64,000 bases of DNA from contig CM041465.1 in the NCBI GenBank assembly GCA_023213395.1, forward strand, positions 158,231,741 through 158,295,740, given 5' to 3'. Below the pieces are notes generated by a model. It was not told the origin of the DNA and ran no database searches. It saw only the letters and a list, made by a program, of their open reading frames with translations. Below, piece by piece: positions 39,433 to 50,649 of this stretch. Source of the DNA: Cycas panzhihuaensis (taxonomy: Eukaryota; Plantae; Cycadophyta). The translations under genes and the position numbers were made by a program. How positions within the stretch are numbered: the first letter of the stretch is position 1; each line of letters opens with the position of its first letter.

Positions 39433-41408
39433 AGGTTTAGTTTTGAAAAATAACCCAAGTTTTTCAAGTGTCCTAGTCCCTAATGAGGTTTCTAGGCTCT
39501 AAGTCTAAGGGTCTCCAAGGGAAACCTTTGGTTACTATCCTATTTAGTGGTACCTACTTATAAGTGGCAAAATAGGGACATAATATACCAGTACGTGAGC
39601 TCTAAAATTGATATACTTGAGTACATAGGCTGCTACAAAGGTTGTTATACCCCCCTGAGTTATTAGTCCACCTGCATCGAACTTATGCCTAGTGACAGAT
39701 CTAGCGGTGAAGGTTTTACTAACTAAGGCACTCACCCTCTCTAGGTCTATCCTTGGTCTTTGAACTCCAAAGAAGGACAAGTTCTTCACCTTAACCTTCT
39801 ACATAATACACCTTATAGACAATGACTTTCCTCATCCAATATGAGTAGGCCAATTAGCATGTGCGTGGTGGTGACTTTAGGGGTCATAATTATTTTCCTT
39901 GCAAGGTTTTAAAAAAATATGGTAAATTCAAGATATTATCTTGCTTAATGTGAAAGTAAATTTTAATTAGATGTGGTCTTTTTTAATCTCACAAGGATTC
40001 CTTTTATTCAAGAAATGAAATGAAACAAAAATAGATCTTTAAGCAAGATGAAATATATCTTAAATGAAACTATGGTGCAAAACTTTATATCAAGTCACTA
40101 TGAGAATAAGTAAAATGATTAAGATACTTTTATTCTTTTAATGAACCAAAAGAATGAATGCTAATATGTAATCTAATATTTTCAAATTGAGATACTCTTG
40201 TAGAAATAAAAAACTATATGTGCTTGTCTAAAGTGATGCACTAAATCAATAGAATCCTAATATTTAAATGCTCCTTAACTTTTAAAATATTTGAATGAAC
40301 TTTGAGGTAAAAGATATAACTATACTTTTTCAAATTTCAAGCTAAAGAAAGAATAGAGATTTTGAAAAAAGTAAGGAAGCTCCTTGACTAATATGCCAAT
40401 TAATGTTACAAGATAATAATGTAAAGTAAGTGCCAAGTAGTTTCTTTAGAAAAATAGAAATAAACTAGGTGAATCTTCTAATTTTAGGAAGATACAATGT
40501 TTAAAATGATTATTTGTGCTAAAAATCAGTCTATATTTGAATGATAGTGTCAAAGATAAAATAAAAGTCAAGGTAAATGGTACCAGTTTAATGTATTACT
40601 CCACTTAACCTTCTTGATCCTTAAGAAGCTGAAATTGATGATAAAGGTTATAAATAGCTTGTAATCTTTATGAAAAAACCACTAAATATCTCCAAGAAAC
40701 TAATTAGTAGTAGATTATGCTTAAGTATAATTAATTTGAATGGGAAAATTGCTCAAAAGTATTACAAAATGTGCTTGTATAGGGTTGAATTGGACTATTA
40801 ATTTGAGGAGCTTTAAATATCTACAAAATAATGCCAAAATAATATGAGACCAAATCCAATACATAGAGCTCTAAAAATGTTTTCTGTCAGTTCTTACAGT
40901 TTCAAAAATAGAGCTAAAACGGCCAAGTTATGGAGAAAATGGTGGACATACCTCCCTAAGGTAAGTGAAATAAGCACTGAAAAAGTTTTGACTTTGACTA
41001 ATTCAAACATAGTTGAAATGGACTCAAATTAAGCAAATGGTGATACCAGCCTAAAGATCATTGAAATATGAATCCAACAAGACTAGTTTTATAGAAAACT
41101 AATACTCTAGTAGAAAGTTATAGTGAAAAATGTAAAAGGTCCTCCTTAAGTATTAATGAAATAAAAATTTAAAAGAAAATGAATAAGCCCCTTGAGACTG
41201 AAGGAGCAAGATCATGTGGACCTCCAAGGCAACCATCATCTAAGTTATGAAAGGGGCTTAGAATCCAAATATTATGAAATACACTTGATAACCTTAAAAA
41301 CTAAAAGAATTAAAAGGAGTTAATAATCCTTTCACGTCTGCCCCTTAAGCTCAATAAAGCATGGTTTATGGATTCAATATGACCACTGGTTAATACGAAG
41401 GGGGCTAC

Positions 41409-44400
41409 TATTGGAAAATAGACCTGCAATAAGGTATTCACAAATAGAACCAAACAAAACAAAAGCACCTCCACAGGATCAAATGGTACCCTTAAGGTAC
41501 CTCTATTGTATTAATAAAACATCATTACAACATGATATAATATGATACACAATATTGTGTATTTATAATACAAGTTATGATGGTGAGATTGGAACTCACT
41601 TGCATGTGGGACAAAACAAATGTGCATTATCAATATTCCAACACTCCCCCTTAATGCACATTTAGGTTATTTGTATTTGTAACACTTTGTCCTTAGAAAT
41701 GTCTTGCGAATGTTGTCTTCAACTCGATCCTTGTCTTCAATCTTATAGTGATGTATTTGATGTAGAATAATATCTTCATTTTGATTTTTGTCTTCAATTC
41801 TATATCGATGCCTTTGTAAGATAATATTCTCAGCTTATTTTTATCTTCAATCTTGTAATGATGATGTTGATGTAGCAACTCTAGTAAGTGCAAATCCTAA
41901 TTATTCATTGTGGCTAGTCTAGTCTGATTATTATGAAGATCCTGTAAGTAACCATCTTCAAACACAACTTGCTTGTCATCATTGTCGCGTATAAGTTCTT
42001 AAATAATAGTGATTTCTTCAACCTTAGGAGTGGAGTCTTGATTAACTTACATAATTTTTGAACTTGAATCAATGCTCAAAGAAGGAACATCATTCAAACT
42101 TGAATCAATACTTAAAGTAAGAATATCATCAATATAAGACTCATCCTTTATAGGACCATCACATTCATATTCAAATTCTCTTGAAATCATAGTTTCATCT
42201 ATATAAACCTTTATCAACTTATCACTTTCAACATCTTCATTAGTAGTTGTAGTCTCATCAATACATTCAACCATCATTTCTTTATATTTAGTAGAAATTT
42301 CATCAATACTCATACCTTCTTCATCTTGACATGTTATTTTATCAGTGTTGATGATATTTTCTTCATTCATTGTACCTGTACCATAACCATAATTGGCATT
42401 AATTGCCTTTTCAATCATTCATTGTGTCTCTTCAGGAGTTTGTTCAAATACTTCCCTTAGAAAATCTCAAGCTTTTTTAGCAATACTTACATGTAGAATC
42501 ATAGGAATGACAAAATGGTATTTGGAAGGAAGATCAGCCTTATTGAATGCAACACAAATCATAATGAATGCCTTTCTATCTTTCTTCTTAAGCATTTCCT
42601 TTTCTTGTTCATTCTTAGAGATATTATATTCATCAATAACAATCTTCCACAAACCTCTAACTATGAATAAGCATCTTATATTAGTTGTCCAAAAGAAGTA
42701 GTCTTCACCATTACACTTAGGTACTGTAAAAAATGAATCCCTTAGGTAGTATTCATTTGTTTTAGGAATATACATAACCATATCATTATCCTCCATGATT
42801 GTAAATGCCATTTTCTAATACCATGCCCATTTTTCAATCAATAAATTCACCCATCAATCTCAACAAACTTTCTTATGTCTTATGTCCCTCATATTACAAA
42901 CTTTATCATCACATCATTGCCTTATACATCTAACATATTGCCAAATAGTCATACATAAAGAAATACTTACTTCACCATAGAATCAAAGCTTATACCATAT
43001 ACATCTCACAGAAATCATGCATACCTCATGTCACCATTAAATCACCAAGACACATCACACTTCACTTAATTGCCCAAAACATAACTCATGCCACAACACC
43101 ACTCAACAAAGTTTGTTTCCCTGTAACTCAGGTAACTTCAAGAAACTCATTCTTCTTTGCCCATTCACATCATAAAACATGCCTAATTTGGTCCTTAAAT
43201 ATACCTAACAAACACCCAATCTTGTCATGTAACCTCGCATGCAACAAGCATCTCATCACCCCATATCACTATCTTTTTTGCCCTCAAATGAACCTTATCA
43301 TGCCTATAACGTCCCTTCACATAAATCACATTACAAGGAGTACTAAATCACCATATGCCACCCAACTCATTCATGCAAACACATGCACATGTCATCATCA
43401 CAATAGCTCTCATACGAACACATATAAAAAAGCACTCAAATTGCCATTAAACAATCACCATCATACATCTCAAATCACTAATAGAGTGTCAAATACATTT
43501 ACATCAATATGACTTGATATTGTCTCATATTGCAACAATACTCTTCCATGCACAACATATGTAAGAGAGCCTTAAACAATCACCTCATTACCTTTGCCTC
43601 ATTCATGTTACCATATCAATATGAAACCCTTAAATTCCCCAAAAACTTATTTTTAAAAAAGAATATAACTCAAAAATATATAAAATATCGATGGAACTGA
43701 TGGCCTCTAAAATATGATTCTAACAGTTTTTGATATCTAGATCAAAAGTTATGCCCCTTTTAAAAATTTCACAATTAGGGTTTCTAGGGACTGTAATAGT
43801 ACCTTATGATAAACTACTAATAACATTTCACTCTAAACTCTAATGAACCTCAAACCACTTCTATTAAAAAGTAAATTCAAAAGAACACATAATAAAAAAA
43901 ACTTTAAGGTCATTTGGATACCTGTAGCTAAAGGTATGGCTCTTTGAAGTTGAGGTTTCATATCTATCCCAAAAAATACAACGACAGAAAAAAATAGGCC
44001 GAAATTAATTCTGCTACAATTTTCATACTTTCACCTCAAAATCTATAGTGCGACCACTCAAAATTTATAGAACAAGCCATTTCATCTCAATTTTGCTGTT
44101 ACTTTTCATAAATTCTAATGTTTATTCTCTTAAATATGCTTTTAACCCTTGATGATGCCTCCCAAATCACCGCTCCAATACTGAACAAAAACACCTCTCT
44201 CAACATGGACGCTCTGATACCATGTTGGAAAATAGACCTACAATAAGGTATTCACAAATAAAACCAAATAGAATAAAAGCAGCTCCACAGGATTGAATGG
44301 TATCCTTAAGGTACCTCCATTATATTAACAAAACATCATTACAATATGATACACAATATTATATATTTATAATACAAGTCATGATGGTGAGAGTGGAACC

Positions 44401-44447
44401 CACTTACATGTGGGACAAAACAAATGTGCATTATCAATATTCCAATA
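41409..44447 (-). mobile_element. Element K: 3.0-kb non-autonomous copia-type element carrying only a Gag-like ORF (TR-GAG-like)
   Basis: LTRs 41409-41643 and 44223-44447; perfect TSD GCTAC; PBS GCTCTGATACCA 44211-44222; PPT CTCCCCCTTAA 41644-41654; no pol motifs. Confidence 0.95.
41693..42811 (-). pseudogene. Single interrupted ORF of K (~372 aa): copia Gag N-terminus fused to acidic and basic unknown regions
   Basis: ORFs 42467-42811, 42047-42418 and 41693-41893 are in one frame. Motifs VPKCNGEDYFFW...RGLWKIV, KKKDRKAFIMI, AKKA(W)DFLREVFE. Confidence 0.85.
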
Positions 44448-45779
44448 GCTACATCACTTTACTTATACGAATTTCAAAACTAATCAAAAAATAATTAATT
44501 TTTTATTAAAAACATTACAAAGAAATGAAATAAAGATTAATATAAGGTCACCATTATGTGACCTATGTAGAGATGATTTCGAGCAAAGAATGAAGGCTTA
44601 AATGATGATGAAATTTAATCAAATGGATAGATCTATAACATAGAGAGGGGGGAGTCTTCAGAGCACATGAAAGACTCTTCAAAATGACTATAAATAGTGA
44701 GAAATAAGTGCTAAATGTTGACAAATTAATAAGTACGTCTGAGGTTGAACAGAGGAATGACGAGCAAAAGAGATATAACATGTAGAGAGGAGCTCAATTC
44801 GATCACTAATCCCTACCTAGATGGATTCACAAGGGACACCCAAGTAGTACAGACCTAATTCAGGGAAAAAAACACAAAAAATTATTTTATATTAATGAAA
44901 ATAATAAGGAAACGATGAATAAGAGAAGGCGTGGAGACTTAGTTGATTCAATCTCTCCATAGAAGACATAGTTTATTACCAAATTTTATGGGTAGTTGGA
45001 TATCCTAAATAGCAAGGCACTAGTCAAATTTCATGCCAAAAGGTTGCTCATAGTTTGAGAATGGAGCAACAAAGTAAAATGGACCACAAATAGCTAGTTG
45101 TGACTCACTGAGAGATATCTCTTAGCAGAAGCATTGAAATCACATACGATTTTCACTGTTGTCTAGAGGACTCGATCATGATTAAAGAAAGTAGTCATAT
45201 GATATAGTTCTAATTAGTGTACGAGCTGCAACAATGAGATAAAAAATGAGTATATTTGGTTCCCAAAATGAAAAAATATATATATATAAATGAAATTTAT
45301 ATGATATATTAAAGTTTTATAATGTTGATGATTTAATAAATCAAGATATTACAGACATACCACAAATACTACCGTAAACCTATCGAATGTTAACTGACTG
45401 GATCTGATACCAAATGTTAGCATCGAGGTGCAGAGTGGGGAGATTACAAGTGCAGAAACATCATCTTCAAAGTGAAAATATTTTCTGAATGTAAAGTGGC
45501 AGTGTTAAAAAATGCCAAGGAGGTATTCCCCACCTATAAATAGACATTTTGAGAAGGAAACAAGCACCTCAACCTAACTAAAGTTAAAATTTTAAAAATT
45601 ATTAAAATATTAAGCAAATAATTAAATATCTTACCTGAGGTGGCTATGGCAACTCCATGTCGACTGTAGGCAATTGTTTGGTGGCATTAGGTGGCTCAAT
45701 ATGACTTTAGAAGGCTTAAGGTGCCATTGAGGGGCTCAAGGTTCTCACATCCATTTGCAAATTGGGCATTATCCCAATA

Positions 45780-46670
45780 ATTATTGTGATAGTTTTGATC
45801 CCTATTGTAATTGTGGTTCTAATTACTACATCTTTGATCATTTCTATAGTTGTTAAAGTTGTGATAGTTTCCTTAGTTTTGTTAATGTAATTGGCCTTAT
45901 CTTTTATAAGTGATGCGGCCATCCCTTGGGTAGTCTCTATTGAACCTATAGTTAGAGGTAAGATATCTTAAATTTTCACATACATAGCATGATCTTCCTT
46001 TAAGTTTTGTTCCTTAACTTCTTGATCTATGTGGAGTAAATCTACCTTATCCCTAGTCCTAGAGGTAATAAATCTTTCACCTCCTTTATATCCTTGAAGA
46101 CTCTCTATTTCAATGAGTAGGTACCCCTATAATTCATCCATATCCATTACAAATTAATAATTTAATAGATTTAACATTTTAAAAATGCATTAGCCTTTTA
46201 CATAAGTTGTTTAAGATGGCCTCTCCCATTTTTAGTTCACTAATATGGTAACCTTAATTGATTGACTAATTATATTTATAACTCTCTAAACCTATCTACA
46301 TGTTTTGTTATAGAGTCATAAGTTTATAGTTCAATAAAGTGAAACTCTCTCTTCAAGTCTAAAACCTAGTGGTGCTCTACATCATACATGTTGAAGAGCT
46401 TATCCCACTATTCTTTGGCTAAGTCAATTCATCTTATATATAATGGTTGTATGTTTGTTATATTTATTGTAATGATTTTTTTGGCTAAGACATTAGCCTT
46501 ACTAGATTTCCAAAGATCAAAAACATCTATTATATCTAATTTAATGAATTTCCTTAAGATGATTTTGATCACTTTATAAGTGTTAAAGATTATTTCTATC
46601 ATTTATTACCAATTATTGTAGTTTGCTTATTTTTTCAACTTCTCATATGGCTCTAATATATCTATGATCA
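45780..46670 (-). pseudogene. Element I: gag N-terminal part
   Basis: EKLKK*ANYNNW...; AKE*WDKLFNMY; LDLKREFHFIEL; MAASLIKDKANY (ORF 45716-45922). Continues across J's TSD into NNYRGRGG. Confidence 0.75.
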
Positions 46671-48914
46671 TTGTGAATAATAAAATAATATTATAAGGAA
46701 AGATGAAGTATATAAAAAATTATAATTTTAACAATAAGAAATATTAGTAGCATAAATAAAATGCTAAAACAATGTGAATTTTTAAGTAATTTGTAATTTT
46801 TTTATAATAGAACTTAAGATTTTCCTAAATGTCAAATTGAGATATGTTTCATAATAAACTTTACAAAGAAATAAATAAAAATAAAGTGCTTAAAACAAGA
46901 TTTTACAAAGATGAAATTAAATGCAACTTATGGAAAAAAAAAGGTGAACGAGTAAAGGGTGCAAGAGACATTATTTGCAAGATATATAATAAGGAAAATG
47001 CTAATTTGATTTGAACCACCTATACCCAAAAAATTGACTTATTACTAGTCTTTCACCTAAAAAAGTATACTTTTATTAAGTGTATGTTATAATAAAAGAT
47101 GTTTGAGTGCTTTTAATGCAATAAATATATTACCATGTAGGGTTTCAGGCTTATGCTCTCAAGTTTTGCCCAATGGGCTTTGTAAAACTACTTAAAATTT
47201 ATAAAAACTCACTAAAATTTATACAAATAAGGTTTTCTAAACTATTTAATGGTCTTACAACATTTGTAATTACAATAAGATGGTAAACATGCTAAAATTT
47301 TAGTCTAAAATAATGTTTTTTGTTAAGTTTAACTCCTTTTGGGCTTTGGAACATGGTTACATAAAATGTGAAAATGATAGGGACCTAATATAACTTGGGT
47401 GTGGAATTCAATTAAGACTAAAGGTCAATTTAATTAATCTTTAACATTGAAAAAATAAAATCAAAATAATAATAATAAATAAGAAAAGAAAATCCATGGC
47501 ATATATCATTGTTGTTTAACAAAATTTAAATACAAAATTACTTTTAAGTGAAATATCTTGATCTTGAGTTCGATATAAATATAATCAAGCTTAAAGATCT
47601 ACTACAAGAATTCAAAAGTGATCAATGAAGAAACCACAATAGAAAATGATTAATAAATAAGCAAATACAACAAAAATATATTGCCACCTAAATTTGAATC
47701 TGGTGATGATTAAAAATCTAGTTTCTTTTATTTAAGGCTAGATTTAATTATTGGGAATAACAAAAGACTTATAAACATAGGTTGAAAGGAAAAAAAGATT
47801 AAAAAATCAATGGATCAGAATGCCCAATGGCCACATGATATCCAAAAATGCTATCACCTTAAAAACCTCAACATAGGAACTTCAAATTCAAATATGAAAC
47901 TTGATATCTATCATAGAAGGTTAAATCTAATGCTTAGTTTAAAAAACTATAAATTCATGAAGAGAAAACACAAGAAAAAATGAAATAGATTGAGTTTTTA
48001 AAAAAATTACCACTAATTAAGTATTTAGCTGCCAATCCTCTTCAATCATTGAAGAAACATAACTGCAACACTCCTAATCACTACTAAGTGATTAGAAAAT
48101 GGGTTCAATAGATAATATTATCACAATAACTAAAGCCACAAAGAAAATAAGCTAAAAGTACTATTAAATTTAATTAAACAAGGTGATGTTTTAGGAAAAT
48201 ATTTAAAACTTATCATAAATTCAATAGTTTCCAATGAAAGTTCTAATGTAGCATTCTTTGCACATTTTTCCTCACAACATTTGCCTCTTTTATGCTTCAA
48301 TCTTTAGCAATTAGTTTATTCCAATATTTGAAAATATCTTCACCATAAGTAAATCATCTCTATAAGCTCACCATGAACTTTGATACTATATAAGAAAATT
48401 TAATATGTAAGTAATGAGCAATATAACAACTTTGAGGATCTAGGATTTCCAACTATATGGTGATGTTCATAAATACCAAAATACCATGATCCATTATTTA
48501 TAAATTTGAAAGTACAATATGCACATTGTCCCTTAAAATAGTAATGAAACATGTTTACTTACATGCCTGAATGCATGCCAGTAACTAACCTTCAAAATAA
48601 CAAAAAATATAAATCGATTCAATATATAAAGATGTAGTTGAGTGATAAATGAAAAGAAACACCACATTTTAATAGAAATTATGAGCCATAGTGCTAATAT
48701 TATTGAGTGTAGACAACGTATAAGAGTACCATTATATGTTGATAATAGGATGCTATAATGAATGTTATGTGTTATGTATAATATAATATATGTATATTTT
48801 TAGGTATCGTTTTCCATGGATAGTAATATGTATTGCTTGATATGGTTAGTCGTGGATGTTATTATGGTTAAGGTTGAGAGTTTACTTGTCATTCATGTTG
48901 GTCATAGAGTGTTA

Positions 48915-48937
48915 TGTGTGTGTGTGTGTGTGTGTGT
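48915..48937. repeat. (TG)11 microsatellite
   Basis: Seen directly. Confidence 0.95.
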
Positions 48938-49149
48938 AGATAGAGAGATAGATAGATTTATCTATATATGTACATGTCACTAACATGGTATGAACTATTT
49001 TATATAATAATAACAAGAATATTTATTATAGGTTGAAGATAAAAATACCATATAACATTGATAGTGAGAATGTCCTATAGTGTACTAATGATAGAATGTC
49101 ACTTGTTATGTGTTGCTAAAGAAATTCCATTTACCATACACTAACAATG

Positions 49150-50050
49150 GAATGTAACTCATGGTGTGCCACCAAAGAAAGCACCCATCTTACTCCTAAA
49201 GAAAAGAGGGAAACACTACATTTATATATATTGATTATAAGTGGTTAAATATGTAGATAATAGAGAATTAATATTCCCTCCTAAGGATAAATGATTTTTT
49301 TGGATAAATGACAAAATCTAAGGTAACTTTTAAGATTGACATGAGGCTGAGATATTACTAGAATTTGAATTAAAGATGAGGACATCCAGATGACAAATTT
49401 TAAACTCAATATATGGTTAAGAGTTGGTAATATTACTACTTAACTAGTAAATATTCTAGTTATGTTCAGATGCTTAACAAATAGTATGTTTAACCATACT
49501 TAAATAAAGTTAACCACGACTTTTGGATAATATCTTAATCTATCCCAAGTCGATGAAAATGGATAATAAACACTTATGAGTGGTATCACATCCTTTATGG
49601 AAGTATAAATTATATACTAAATAGAGTAAATGTGCTTTTTGATAAAAATAGGCATAGTACTTAGGTCATATAATAGCCAAAGGAGATATTTAAATTAATC
49701 TACAGAAAATTAAAGATACTAAGAAATGGATTATAAATGAGAATTTTCTTAAGATGAGGAGTTTTATAAAGCTTACATAGTATCAATAGTGATATACCAA
49801 AGGGATATTCTAAAATTGTATATCAAACTACTTTCTTGCAAATGGAGTATATGAAGTTTAATAAAGTAGTAAGTGTAAACTATTTCTAGTAACTAAGGAA
49901 ATGGCTACTTTTGCATTGCTCTCACCTTACTATATCTAAATGAAGATTATAAATGACATATTAATATTATACAAGATGTGTAAGTGAGATGATTATGCAA
50001 AATAAGAAGCCTTAACTAAATACTAGACAAGAAAAATAATTCAAGTTTTA
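49150..50050 (+). pseudogene. Highly decayed Ty3/gypsy reverse transcriptase (probably E)
   Basis: IDYKWLN...YSLLRINDFF...FKIDMRLRYY...IKDEDI...LDNILIY...YLGHII...MRSFIKL, matching Ty3 RT motifs. Confidence 0.8.
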
Positions 50051-50649
50051 TAATTGTAATGTTAGAATTAAGTGTATTAGAGGAAATAAGATAAGGTTAT
50101 AGATGTACTTAGTTAAAGAATATGTTAATTTAACTTATTTAAATTGACCAAATGTCAAGATGATATACACCACTTTGACCTAGAACAATACTACTTCCTA
50201 ATATTTTAGGTCAACCCATATTACTCTAACCAATGTCAATGCCACCTAGTGAGATAACAGTCATATTGATAATACTTGACTTGATTCTACATCGACTTGT
50301 GTTAATACATGAGTTAAGAAAATTTTGTGTTGGCATATTATTTCTTAGGGTTTTGGTTAGAAAGAAAAATAGACCCCACTATCTCTAATTATTATTGCAT
50401 AGAATAACATAACTAAGATCAATAGAATATCATCAAAGTAATGACATAATAGAGCTTAATCATAATCATAATTAATTAGAATCTCAATCATCTTACATCT
50501 CACCGTATAGGTATACTTATAGTCATGTTGTGGGCATATGTGCTTCACTTACAACTAATCATATTTGGCCTTTATGTTGACTAATTGTGCATGACCTTTT
50601 ACTCATCTAATTACATTGAATATGCATTATCTTCTAATACTCCTCGTAT

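Larger units (their letters stand above)
34817..45779 (-). mobile_element. Element J: full-length decayed Ty1/copia with long 5' leader, hosting K
   Basis: 365-bp LTRs 34817-35181 and 45415-45779; TSD ATTGT/ATTAT; PBS TGGTATCAGATCC (45400-45412); PPT TTCTCCCCCA 35182-35191. Confidence 0.95.
33097..48674 (-). mobile_element. Element I: old, internally rearranged Ty1/copia hosting J and K
   Basis: 286-bp LTRs 33097-33382 and 48389-48674; perfect TSD GAAAT; PBS remnant CTTTGATACTA 48378-48388; PPT CCCTCCCTTGA 33383-33393. Confidence 0.9.

Noticed and set aside
41038-41052. TGATACCA as the PBS of another element inside J
   Set aside because: No adjacent TG-starting LTR, no partner LTR and no TSD.
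43222-43512. His-rich ORF in K
   Set aside because: Arises from CA-rich composition antisense to K's leader; it has a non-ATG start and no motif.
50056-50338. 3' LTR of E
   Set aside because: TGTAATGTTAG... does not align with 17881 onward and has no clear PPT; left unassigned.
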